A stretch of 64,000 nt of DNA from Anthoceros angustus (taxonomy: Eukaryota; Plantae; Anthocerotophyta). Below, piece by piece: positions 50,611-61,833 of the stretch (position 1 is its first letter; every line of letters begins with the position of its first letter). Position numbers and translations under genes: made by a program. The notes below the pieces were generated by a model. It was not told the DNA's origin. It was given only the letters and a program-made list of their open reading frames with translations, and did not search any database. Location: positions 496,001-560,000 of the forward strand of contig MU008169.1 in NCBI GenBank assembly GCA_010909165.1. Reading direction: 5' to 3'.

Positions 50611-51274
50611 TTGTTTTTTTAATATTACGGTAATCCACGATTCATTATATATTACGTTAACGTAGGTTTAGCTCATTCGGCCGCCCATTTCAGGCTCCGA
50701 CTCGCCACTCCAACTTGGTGCCCAACTCCTGAGTAACCGAGGCATTGAGGCCTATTTTTAAAACAAATGATCCAAGACCTCTTCTATTTCTTAAGCTTGT
50801 TGAGCGATCCACACAGACAAAAAATTTGGAAAGATGATAGCTGGCTTCAATAGAGCTTGCCTCTGGCTTTTGAACGGATTGTCACATGCGTCGTTCCTTA
50901 TCTTGGTGGACACCATGACCTTCACAACATTCATTGAGATTCAGAGGGTGCACATAACATCTTCCTAGTTATGTGTGTTTGTGTTATATGCTGACAAGTT
51001 CAGCAGATGCTTGCAATTGCAACTCTCGGGACATGCAGCTTATCAAAAACTACAGTTTCATTCTCAATATTGTCCCACAATGAGTGATTAAATTTGACCA
51101 TCAACATCCACAGACAAAAAAAACACAACGAAGCAGTCAGTGCGTAGATAACTCTAACTACACTACGATAACTCTAACTACACTACCATACCTTAAACCA
51201 AAATAGAAGGCACCATATGGGCAAGACCAAATTATGCATCCAATTCCTCGCCACATGGCAGGATTCCATGATAT

Positions 51275-51485
51275 GAAGAAGAAGAAAAATTTTACTGAAG
51301 TCCACTAAGGATGGATTTACGTCATGGGACTTGGTACTTAACAACTTGTACCATGGTATGCCTAAGCTACTTGCACCAAGGGCATCCATTCCCTTTAGGC
51401 ACTCCATCTTAGTACCGATCCAAGCGCAAGATGACGTTCTTATAAATGTGTGTCCATTTGTCCTAAGCCATTTGGACACACATAA
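51275..51485 (-). mobile_element. Dispersed ~210-bp SINE-like or LINE-tail element, copy 4
   Basis: gaagaagaagaaaaattttactgaagtccactaagg...gtcatgggacttggtacttaacaacttgtaccatgg...ctaagccatttggacacac. Confidence 0.7.
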
Positions 51486-52338
51486 ACATTTGGATATGGT
51501 TGAATACAAACCATGGCATAAACAAGTGGTATGATCATATACGGAATCGCGAGCAAGAGCAAAGTACAGAGAAGTCACAATTTTATCATCAAGCATCTTC
51601 TTTACTAGAGCCCAAAACATGAGACTTTTGGAGCAAAGTACAAAGAAGTCACAATTTTATCATCAAGTATCTTTTTTCACTAGAACCCAAAACATGAGCC
51701 AAAAGTCTCAGTTCAAAACCCTTGAATGCTTTGGAGTTAATTACCTGAAGCCCAAAACATGATCCTACAATCTCAATTCAAAGCCCTTGATTACTCTGGA
51801 GTTAATTCGACAAATGAGCCACACAAAAGACTAGGACCAACCATACACAAGAAAAGCAATTCTACAATTCACTTTAGATGTGAGTTATCAAGGATGCAAA
51901 ACAAAAAACAACCATAAGTATTCTTATTAATCCTACAGTTGATGATAGAGTTATCTTTAGTGTAGAGAGAGTTAAAAACATGTTCCTACACTGTATGAAA
52001 GGTCAGTGATTAGTTTAGATATTAGATCATGATATTACTAGGTATTTTATTTTGTGATTTTATCATGTCAAAGACTCTGAAACCTCTCGCAAGGTAGTAC
52101 AACTAAGACAGGTGCCGGAAGTACACCTTGTCAGCCTCGACAACGGGGATTGGAGTGTCAAAGTACGTACGTACGTAAGTACGTATGTGCGATACCCGAT
52201 GACATCCATGGGTCCACGAAGTTTGACTCCTAAGCCCTTCCGGCTCCTAAGCCCTTCCGAGATGAACTTGGCCTTGAGACCCGACATCAATCCGTCAGCC
52301 GTCATCTGTGAGTCAGTCTGAACAATCTTCTGCCTGAC

Positions 52339-52543
52339 CATACTGGGATGGGACACTGTACCAACCTTACGGGAGCAGAGAGTTAGTGCTCTGTGATGGG
52401 AAATTGAACCAATCTCACGGGAGCAGAGAATCAGTGCTCTGTGATGGGAAATTGAACCAATCTCACGGGAGCAGAGAATCAGCGCTCTGTGATGGGAAAC
52501 TGAACCAATCTCACGGGAGCAGAGGATCAGTGCTGTGTGGGAG
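52339..52543. repeat. 48-bp minisatellite, ~4 copies
   Basis: Unit cacgggagcagagaatcagtgctctgtgatgggaaattgaaccaatct. Confidence 0.85.
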
Positions 52544-52998
52544 TGTCTCAAAGTGCTGTGTGGGAGGTGTCTGAAGTCTGTGTGTGTTCAGCACATGACT
52601 GAAGTTCTGATGTTTAAAACAGGTGCTATGCCCGTCTTCACCCACCCAAGGGCCGTGAACTGCAGGGAGAAGAAGTGTGGTAACAGTGACCAACACGTAC
52701 CTTCCTTCTGATGGAGACGATGGAAGTAGGAGACGAGGGTTGTGCAGGCAAAACTCAAGCTGTAGAATCTTCGACGCAGGTTTCCTTCAGACTCACCAAT
52801 ATTTGCAAAAGCAGGTGGTCAGAGACGAAGCCCTGTTGCTGAGGCAGGGCAGTTGACGAAGCAGGTGAACATATTTTTGAAAGTACTTGCCTGTAAGACA
52901 TACAGTGTCGACACATAGTGTGCTAACAGAAGCCTGTTTGCCTCTCGGCGGCAAGCTATACTTGTGCGTACGATAATGGCGCACGAAGTTGCATCATA

Positions 52999-53308
52999 TC
53001 AGGTAACACAACCTGAATGGCAGCTGTAATGCTTTCCAAAATGCAATATGCGATGAGCATCCTCATCATGGACGGCAATCGGGAAGAACCGTCGCAGACA
53101 ACATAGCACCAGCAACCGTAGACGTGAGCTACGTCATTACAGCACAATCCCAAGGCCGTCCAAGATCCGTTGCCGATAAAATTCACGCAATCCGGAGTTC
53201 CAGGTATGATGCCTTCACAGCCATTGTTGTCCACAGCTGACGCTGCATGAGGCGCCACTGCTATTGACCAAAGAGCTGTCCGTGCAGCCAAGTTTTGTAA
53301 GGCCACAT
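52999..53308 (-). CDS. 8-cysteine-motif (nsLTP/prolamin-like) secreted peptide, left copy; two 1-bp deletions relative to the right copy (assembly error or pseudogene)
   Basis: GCEGIIPGTPDCVNFIGNGSWTALGLCCNDVAHVYGCWCYVV..IAYC. Restoring one base in aaaa (~53296) and one in gg (~53012) gives a frame collinear with 58415-58726. Confidence 0.6.
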
Positions 53309-53728
53309 CTCAAATCCTTCGTGAAGGGGACTAGGCCCGAGGCAATAAGGGACAGGAGAAAGAGACTCCGAAACTGTGCAGCCAGATGCTAGACGTTGTG
53401 ACGCTGGAGGGCGAGGTTGTATGCACACCCGAGTGGAACTTATAAGCCGGCGGGGCCACAAGGTAGGTGATTGCTCCTCCTGCGTTGAACGACTCATGCT
53501 TCCTGCGTGAGATCTCCCCTCTCTGCGTTGTAAGGTCCGTCACAGATTGTGTCAGGGTAACCTTCCGGATGCCTGACAGCTCAAATCCATGCCACTCCGT
53601 CCGTATCGAGAGGTAATCGATAGTGAATCATTGTGCTACGGCCTGCACACCTTCTATCGAAAGCTCAGTGCAATGTCTCCCTGACACCAATGACAGACAC
53701 AAGGGAAGAAGCTCACCAGGCTATGTAT

Positions 53729-54265
53729 CTAATCATCCCCGTATGCCCGATACCGGTACCGCTCCTCGTAGGGTCCATCAAACGATAAGTCGGCTGCAAA
53801 CCACTTCGGGAACCGCACGAAATCCCCCGCATAGAACCAGGCAACTCCCTCGCCTTGATCCGGCACCACCTTCACCGCTCCTTTCACAATGTAGACCTCC
53901 TGATCCACCCGCCACTCCCTGGAGTAGGCACACCTGCCAGTCTCCCACTTGGACCACCGCCACACCCCGAGCTCCTCCGCGCGCTCTGGCGTGATGTTCT
54001 TCTCCACTCGAATATTGTACCGCTCCTCCACAGGCTTGAGCGGCCTCCAGCTGGGACGAGGCTGCGGCTCATCGTCGTCATCTCTGGTCCTGTAAGCCCT
54101 TGGCGCCACCACCAAACATCCACCTGATGCCTTCCGGATCGAGGATTTCCGCACCAGCTCGGTCCGTGCCACAGTACAGCATCCCCAATGCGCAAGGCTT
54201 GTCATCCGCGTCTGGCCTGGAACAACGATCGCTCCGGACTTCACCACAGGAACCGCCTTCGCCAT
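53729..54265 (-). CDS. DUF861/cupin_3 (RmlC-like cupin) protein with transit-peptide-like N-terminus, left copy
   Basis: IRVEKNITPERAEELGVWRWSKWETGRCAYSREWRVDQEVYIVKGAVKVVP...FYAGDFVRFPKW...YEERYRYRAYGDD is typical of plant DUF861 cupins. Confidence 0.85.
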   Translation of the reverse strand: MAKAVPVVKSGAIVVPGQTRMTSLAHWGCCTVARTELVRKSSIRKASGGCLVVAPRAYRTRDDDDEPQPRPSWRPLKPVEERYNIRVEKNITPERAEELGVWRWSKWETGRCAYSREWRVDQEVYIVKGAVKVVPDQGEGVAWFYAGDFVRFPKWFAADLSFDGPYEERYRYRAYGDD

Positions 54266-54532
54266 TGTCCGACCTCCTCCGAGGTCTCCCGGGATCGAAA
54301 CAGGAGCAGATACAAACCCTAGTTTGCTCTCACCTTGAGTTAACAACTCGTCGTCTCAAGGAAGAACTCGAAGAGGGGCTCAATTCTGTGCAAACGATAA
54401 TCGTTTCTTCGGATTCCTGGAAATGGAGGAAGTTTTCAAGGCACTTATTTGCTGCAAAATTGTTCCTTCCTCCTGTAGGATATCAATCAGCAACTAGGAA
54501 ATTGCATTGCACACATTGCGCTTGCGCACAGT

Positions 54533-57113
54533 ATGGATTTTGGTATCCGAGTCCGAGTCAATGTCCATCTGCAGATGAAGCAGGCTTCTCTGTGCAAGAG
54601 ATGGGGAGGTGGGTTGGCAAAGAACCAGCCTGTGCGATGCCTGAGCAGGAGCAGCATTGTCCCAGCCGCCGGGGCGACCGAGGCTCCGGAGACTGTGAAA
54701 CCAGCGTCATCTCAGATTCGCAGAATCCGGGAAGAGCTGTTGTCTCGGGAGAGGAGTGCTGTGGAAATTGCCAGGGAGTATCTGACCCGCCTGCACGAAA
54801 GGGAGCCTCAGGTGAAGAGCTTTCTGTACGTAGCGGAGGAGGCAGCTTTGAAGCAGGCAGAGGAGGTGGATAGAAAGATCTCCAGCAATGAGGAAGTGGG
54901 GCCTCTAGCGGGAGTGCCTTTGGGAGTGAAGGATAATTTGTGCACTCTGGATATGCCCTCCACTGGCGGGTCTAGAATTCTGCAGGGGTACCGGCCTCCG
55001 TTTGATGCCACAGCAGTGCGGAAACTCAAGGAAGCAGGAGCTGTCATTGTAGGCAAGACCAACATGGATGAGTTCGGAATGGGGAGCTCCACTGAGGGTT
55101 CTGCGTTCAAGGTTGGATTTACAGCATGGCACAGAATCAGAATTCAGGTTTGGTATGGGTCTGCAGGATTTTGCATTTTGACGGTGATGTGGGCTTCCCA
55201 TCCTCGGGCTTGTCTACAGGTGACATCAAATCCTTGGGACTTGTCACGAGTGCCTGGAGGTTCCTCGGGAGGCTCTGCTGCAGCTGTTGCAGCCCAACAG
55301 GTTGCGGGTGCTTTGGGAAGTGACACTGGGGGTAGTATCAGGCAGCCTGCTTCGTTTTGTGGTGTGGTAGGCCTGAAGCCAACGTATGGACGAGTGTCAC
55401 GGTTCGGGCTGATGGCATATGCGTCGTCTTTGGATGTGGTGGGCTGCCTTGGATCTTCAGTCCTGGACTCCGCTTTGCTGCTCGAAGCCATTGCTGGGCA
55501 CGACAGGTCGGACTCTACCAGCAGTCCAGAGGTAGGCTTTGGGCATTCCACTACCCTTCCTTGATGATGGTAGCAGCCTTCCTCTCATGGATAACCAGAA
55601 GGTGCTCTCGAGACTGTGATGTTCACACTGTCGTGTATTACACAAGGATCTTGCAGAAAGTGTTGGACTATTCATCTAGTCTGCATTCGGTGGATACTTT
55701 TGCAAGTGAGCCGTTGAATGGGGTCAGAGTTGGTCTGATTAAGGAAACTATCGGTGAAGGAGTCGACGTTGGTGTTACTTCTGCCATCAAAGCTGCTGCT
55801 GCCCATTTGGAAGCCTTGGGAGCAGTTGTCAGCGAGGTTACTACTGCACCCTCTGACCATCGGCTGCAATGCTACTCTCCGTTCATCGTTTCAAATGACT
55901 TTTCCTGCGGCTTGACTTGTACTCACATCTGGAGTTACTTTGCTTCAGATTTCCTTACCAAGATTTGAGCTCGGGTTGCCTGCGTACTATGTCCTCGCCC
56001 CTGCAGAGGCTTCTTCAAACCTGGCTCGCTATGACGGTGTGAGGTCCGGGATGATGGTTAATTTACTCTCTTAGTCGTCCCCTTCTCCAGCACCGAATAC
56101 AGTGCTGGGCTTCTCTGAGCTCCATTCCTTACATGTCTCAACGTCATTTCAGGTATGGTCCTCGGGCTGAGGCAGAGGAGCTTATGTCCATGTATGGTAA
56201 CTCCCGAGCCGAAGGATTTGGTGACGAGGTGAACAGTGCTCCTTCTTTCTTCACGACGCAGACTTGAGATTGATTCCGATGGCTTGAATACTTGGGCTAG
56301 CTTCTGATGGCTTCAATTTGAAGTGATTGTGCTTATTTGACTTGCAGGTCAAAAGGCGGATCTTGATGGGAACATATGCTCTTTCAGCCGGGTACTATGA
56401 TGCTTTTTACAAACGTGCTCAGCAAGTACAGCTCCGTATCCTGTCCAACTCGTTCCTATGACACAACTCTTCAACTTGTCTATCAGACTGAGCATTCCTT
56501 GTTCCAGGTCAGAACTTTGATACAGGAGGACTTCAAGAAGGCTTTGGCACAGACAGACGTTCTCTTATCGCCTGTTGCACCAACAGCTGCTTACCGGATT
56601 GGTGAGTACACCTGGGAACTGAAGGCGCATCTCTACTTATTAGGTTTTTCGGCTGTAGAGCCCAAAACAGTCTGATTGAGGCCTCTGTTGCTTCGGCTGC
56701 TAATGCAGGTGAGAAAGTAGATGACCCACTGGCAATGTACGTTGGTGACCTCATGACGGTGAGCACAGCTTGAAGCGAATTGCCAGACCCTTCCTCGCAG
56801 CCAACAATTCCCCCAGTTCCTCACTCTCTCTGCTAACCTCTGTAGGTGAACGTAAACTTGGCTGGTCTGCCAGCTCTAGTCGTACCATGTGGATTCACTG
56901 AAGGAGGAAGTAGAGGCCTTCCCATAGGCCTGCAGCTGATAGGCAACGCATTTGATGAGGTGAAACTCTTCCCAAAGATCTTATCCCCCTCACCCTGGCT
57001 AGCTTCGTCTTTCCCTTACAGAGTTCTTGATTGTTCCTCAGGGATCCTTACTCCGGGTGGGCCATATATTCGAACAAACACTCGAGGGCAAGAACTTCAC
57101 GGCTCCTTCCTAG
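54533..57113 (+). CDS. GATA: Glutamyl-tRNA(Gln) amidotransferase subunit A, organellar, multi-exon
   Basis: Amidase signature: [67 protein letters not shown]. Later exons: [44 protein letters not shown]|[21 protein letters not shown]. Confidence 0.95.
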
Positions 57114-57462
57114 TTGCTAAATGTTCTACAGGAAGGAACTAGTCTGCAACAATCTCCTAGTTGTATTCGCCAAAAAAACACCTTCCCTAGTTGCTGATAG
57201 ATTCCTACAGGAGGAAGGAACAATTTTGCAGCAAATTGCCGTCCACTCTTCAAGTGCCTTGTAAACTTCCTCCATGTCCAGGAATCCCAAGAAACGATTA
57301 TCGTTTGCACAGAATGGAGGCTCTTCGAGTTCGTCCTGGCGACGATTAGTTGTTTCTGCTGAGGGTGAACGCAAGTTAGGGTTTCTTGCTCAGGGTGAAT
57401 GCAAGTTGGGGTCTATTTCTGCTCCTGTTTCGATCGCGGGAAACCTCTGTGGAGGTTTGACA

Positions 57463-57996
57463 ATGGCGAAGGCGGTTCCTGTGGCGAACTCCGTAGCCAT
57501 CGTTGTTCCAGGCCAGACGCGGATACCAAGGCTCGCGCATTGGGGATGCTGTACTGTGGCACGAACCGAGCTGGTGCGGAAATCCTCGATCAGGAAGGCA
57601 TCAGGTGGATGTTTGGTGGTGGCGCCAAGGGCTTACAGGACCAGAGATGACGACGATGAGCCGCAGCCTCGTCCCAGCTGGAGGCCGCTCAAGCCTGTGG
57701 AGGAGCGGTACAATATTCGAGTGGAGAAGAACATCACGCCAGAGCGCGGAGGAGCTGGGGTGTGGCGGTGGTCCAAGTGGGAGACTGGCAGGTGTGCCTA
57801 CTCCAGGGAGTGGCGGGTGGATCAGGAGGTCTACATTGTGAAAGGAGCGGTGAAGGTGGTGCCGGATCAAGGCGAGGGAGTTGCCTGGTTCTATGCGGGG
57901 GATTTCGTGCGGTTCCCGAAGTGGTTTGCAGCCGACTTATCGTTTGATGGACCCTACGAGGAGCGGTACCGGTATCGAGCATACGGGGACGATTAG
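57463..57996 (+). CDS. DUF861/cupin_3 protein, right copy
   Basis: Essentially identical to the left copy over the cupin domain. PERGGAGVW versus PERAEELGVW results from compensating 2-bp and 1-bp deletions. Confidence 0.85.
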   Translation: MAKAVPVANSVAIVVPGQTRIPRLAHWGCCTVARTELVRKSSIRKASGGCLVVAPRAYRTRDDDDEPQPRPSWRPLKPVEERYNIRVEKNITPERGGAGVWRWSKWETGRCAYSREWRVDQEVYIVKGAVKVVPDQGEGVAWFYAGDFVRFPKWFAADLSFDGPYEERYRYRAYGDD

Positions 57997-58414
57997 ATAC
58001 GTAGCCTGGTGAGCTTCTTCCCTTGTGTCTGTCATTGGTGTCAGGGAGACATTGCACTGAGCTTTCGATGGAAGGTGTGCAGGCCGTAGCACAATGATTC
58101 ACTATCGATTACCTCTCGATACGGACGGAGTGGCATGGATTTGAGCTGTCAGGCATCCGGAAGGTTACACTGACACAATCTGTGACGGACCTTACAACGC
58201 AGAGAGGAGCTCTCACGGAGGAAGCATGAGTCGTTCAACGCAGGAGGAGCAATCACCTACCTCGTGTCCCCGCCGGCCTATAAGCTCCACTCGGGTGTGC
58301 ACACAACCTCGCCCTCCAGCGTCACAACGTCTAGCATCTGGTTGCACAGTTTCGGAGTCTCTTTCTCCTGTCCCTCATTGCCTCGGGCCCAGTCCCCTTC
58401 ACGAAGGATTAGAG

Positions 58415-58726
58415 ATGTCGCCTTACCTGAAGTTGGCTGCATGGACAGCTCTTTTGTTAGCAGCAGTGGCACCTCATGCAGCGTCAGAGGTGGACAACAA
58501 TGGCTGTGACGGCATCACACCTGGAACTCCGGACTGCGTGAATTTCATCGGCAACGGATCTTGGACGGCCTTGGGATTGTGCTGTTATGACGTAGCTCAC
58601 GTCTACGAATGCTGGTGTGAGGTTGTCAGCGACGGTTCTTCCCGACTGCCGTCCATGATGGGGATGCTCATCGCATATTGCATTTTGGAAGGTTTTACGG
58701 CTCTCATTGAGGGTTGTCTCTTCTGA
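58415..58726 (+). CDS. 8-cysteine-motif (nsLTP/prolamin-like) secreted peptide, right copy, 103 aa
   Basis: Signal peptide MSPYLKLAAWTALLLAAVAPHAAS followed by C-x9-C-x14-CC-x8-CWC-x20-C-x11-C, the 8CM spacing. Confidence 0.75.
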   Translation: MSPYLKLAAWTALLLAAVAPHAASEVDNNGCDGITPGTPDCVNFIGNGSWTALGLCCYDVAHVYECWCEVVSDGSSRLPSMMGMLIAYCILEGFTALIEGCLF

Positions 58727-58877
58727 TATGATGCAACCTCGTGCGCCATTATTGTGCGCACAAGCAGAGCTTGCCGCCGAGTGGCAAACAAGCTTCTTTT
58801 AGTACACCATGTGTTGAAACTGTATGTGTTACGAGCAAGTACTAATACAAGAGCAACTATTAAAGGTCCAAACTTTG

Positions 58878-60237
58878 TTATGCTTTCAACTCCTCCAGCT
58901 CTCCGTTCTTCTTCATCTCAAGCACGATGTCACATCCGCCAAGCAGCTCCCCGTTGTGATACAACTGCGGGTACGTGGGCCAGTTGGAGTAAATCTTCAG
59001 CTCGTCCCTCACCTGCCGGTCGCTCAGAATGTCGAAGCTTCCGAATGCAATTCCCGTCTCCTTCAAAGCGTTTGCTACCTTCTTGCTAAACCCACACTTG
59101 GGCTCCTCGGGAGTACCCTTCATGAAAAGGAAAGTTTTGTGGGAATGGATGAGCCCCTTGAGGCGATCCTGAATGGTCTCCTCCTTAGGGGCCAGGGTCT
59201 CCTTGAGCTCCCCACTCTGCTGCATCTCCAGAATAATGTCACAACCCCCCAGCAGCTCACCATTCAGGTAGAGCTGGGGGTAAGTAGGCCAGTTCGAGAA
59301 CACCTTCAAGCCATCCCGCACCTCCCGGTCGCTCAGAATGTCGAAGCTCCCAAACTCCACCTCAACCCCCTTCAACGCGTTCACCACCTTCTTGCTGAAG
59401 CCACAGCGAGGCTCCTCCGGGGTCCCCTTCATGAACAGCATCACCCGATGCGAGTGGATCAACTTCTTCAACCGCTCATCCAAGCTCTCCTTCGGCGGCT
59501 CGGACTCCGAGCCGCCGTGCCCGTTCGCCTTGGCTGCATCTTCCACGGCCTCCAGGACCGCTGCACCCGCAGCCAGGCCCTGGCTCGCCTCCACGCTGGA
59601 TGGAGGACCCGCCAGCTTCGCTACCGTGTTTGCCAATGCCGACGGATTGGCTCCCTCCAGCCTCTCCGTCACCACTCCGCCCTGATTCAAAACACGGCCA
59701 AGTCAACGCCAAGCAAAGCCATCCAACCAAACCCTACCGATCCCGAATTCGCACCACGCTACATCCGCACACATCTTCCACATCCGCAATTCACCCTCAC
59801 TCCCTCCCTCAAAGCCGCAACAAGCACCTCGAAAAACAGGAAGAACGGCACCGCTGCCACTTGATACTCCTCCGAGATCTCAGCCTGCTCCTCCGCCTCT
59901 ACCTGCTCTCTCACACACACACACACACACACAAAAACCACTCCAAATCAGATTCCACCGCACCAAATCCAACCCGAGCCACAAAACATCACCACAAACC
60001 ACAGAACGCCACAAAACAAAACCAAAAAACCACCAAACGGAACATCACAACGCCGCAGCCTCCCACCCGGAAGAACGTAGCATGCGGCGTGTCGGTAGAG
60101 AGCTGCGCAAACACGACATCCAGATGCTTGGACGCCTCGCACCAGGAGGCCCAGAAGTGCACCACCACGGTCCCCCCCTTCCTCACCGCCTCCACCAGCT
60201 CCGCCTTGCCCCTGACATCCCTAACGGCTCCAGCCAT
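58878..60237 (-). CDS. GRXS17: Multidomain monothiol glutaredoxin (Trx + 2 CGFS Grx domains); exons 60237-60067, 59902-59828, 59681-58878
   Basis: [10 protein letters not shown] Trx-like domain, then two copies of [19 protein letters not shown]....[33 protein letters not shown]. Confidence 0.93.
59912..59933. repeat. (CA)n microsatellite in GRXS17 intron 1
   Basis: Run of about 11 CA units next to the 3' splice site. Confidence 0.9.
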
Positions 60238-61350
60238 CCCCCCGCCCCGCCCCTTCCCCGGGGGCTGCCCTACAGTACAGTAGCGAGATTCTCCCTCCCC
60301 CCTATCAAATTCCAGGAAAATCCCACTCCACGATTCCTTGCTTGTGCCACACTGAAGCACAGCAGCAGGCGCTGTGGACGTCACCTCAGCAGGCCGTCGC
60401 GCTCCCAGCAGCTCTCCTCGCCCGCGCTCCAATCGCCTCCTCGTCCCACTCTGTCGCCGGATTTATCCCGCGCCTGCACACTCCTCGCCTTCCCCCTGCC
60501 CGCACCGCGTCTTTCTTGCTGCGGGGAAAGCCTCCTAAATTTGTGCGTTTTGCGTAATCCACCCGGGGCGGTGCCTTAAGTAGCATGCGCCAGCCGGGGC
60601 TCGCGCAGGCTCGGGGCCAGGCCCGGGGGCTTCCGAGCCGACGGGGCGTTGCTGCGTGGGCAAAAAGTGCTGGGCATGTGGGCTCGCGCGGTGCAGCATG
60701 CGGCGTGCACAGGGCCCGTATGCCCGACTGGCGTCCTACGTGGCGCGCCTCATGCGGTGCGCACTGTCCCCATACGCTGAACCCGGCCTTGTCCGCACGG
60801 GCTCGGTCCTGCCTGGCGGCCTGCCACTCATCACACACGGACCACGAATCCGAACCTGAACCCGAACCCGCCCCTACCGTTAGGTCTCGCTGACCTAACC
60901 GCAACCGTCTGTGCGCCTTTTTATGCTGCCCAGGCCCTTTCACGTTACCAACATTTCACTCCCTCGGTTCCTTGCTCGATTTTGTTTTTAGTCTCGAAAT
61001 GGCATTATATGAGTAGGGCACTGATGAAATAAAGTAAAAAGGTGAAAAGTTAAAAAAGTTAAAAAACTTATTATATAGCTGCCCTGTCAAGAAGATGCAT
61101 GTAACCATGCTTCATGCAATCTCTCATTAGAGAAAAATTGCTACTTAATGAAGAGCTGCTTGGAGAGGACTCTTAGTGATAAGCGGTTTGCAAGAATCCC
61201 TTGAGTTGATAGATGTCTAGTTGAGGATATATAAGCGCTAGAGCAAGAGCTTTGAGCGTTCTTCATTCAGTTCACGGTTCAAGCCTTGTGTTGAAAGAGC
61301 TATGTGGAGAGCCTAGTTAGTGAGCTTGTCGTTGAGTCAAGAATGTCAAG

Positions 61351-61624
61351 AACACTAGCCAGTTGGGCGTAGATAGCCAGACTTAACACTAGCCAGTTGG
61401 GCGTAAATAGCCAGACTTAACACTAGCCAGTTGGGCGTAAATAGCCAAACTTAATACTAGCCAATTGGGCGTAGATAGCCAGACTTAACACTAGCCAATT
61501 GGGTGTAGATAGCCAGACTTAACACTAGCCAGTGGGGCATAGATAGCCAGACTTAACACTAGCTAATCGGGTATAGATAGCCAGACTTAACACTAGCCAA
61601 TTGGGCGTAGATAGCCCAACTTAA
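61351..61624. repeat. 34-bp minisatellite x8
   Basis: Unit aacactagccagttgggcgtagatagccagactt, head-to-tail. Confidence 0.92.
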
Positions 61625-61646
61625 GTGTGCATTCTATGCTATGAAT

Positions 61647-61833
61647 AAAGAGCAGGCCACCTCATGCAAGCATATGCTCCTCTCTGAGGAGGTGGCCTGC
61701 TCTTTCTTCTATGAATTCATATGGCCAGCTCTTTATTCTATGAATTCACATGGCCTGCTTTTTATTCTATGAATTCATAGAAGAAACAACAGGCCACCTC
61801 CTCGGAGAGCAACACCTCCATGAGGGTGGCCTG
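61647..61833. repeat. Nested inverted repeats / foldback
   Basis: Perfect 17-bp stem aaagagcaggccacctc (61647-61663) / gaggtggcctgctcttt (61689-61705); ~41-bp imperfect stem 61680-61720 / 61769-61809; atgaattcat palindromes. Confidence 0.8.

Larger units (their letters stand above)
52882..54500 (-). repeat. Left arm of the ~1.6-kb inverted repeat flanking gatA
   Basis: Reverse complement aligns with 57184-58842 from agtacttgc.. to ..cctcctgtagga..atcagcaactagg; mirrored ORFs appear in the track. Confidence 0.93.
57184..58842 (+). repeat. Right arm of the ~1.6-kb inverted repeat flanking gatA
   Basis: Reverse-complement match to 52882-54500. Confidence 0.93.

Noticed and set aside
52063-52551. 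162-aa ORF with 16-aa repeats
   Set aside because: The open frame is explained by the 48-bp minisatellite; no other coding evidence.
58824-60283. 346-aa and 227-aa + strand ORFs
   Set aside because: Antisense shadows of GRXS17 with no recognisable protein features.
60386-60943. GC-rich ORFs upstream of GRXS17
   Set aside because: Low-complexity Ala/Arg translations expected from a GC-rich promoter region; no domain recognised.
61351-61624. 34-bp repeats as a CRISPR array
   Set aside because: No spacers; an ordinary minisatellite.
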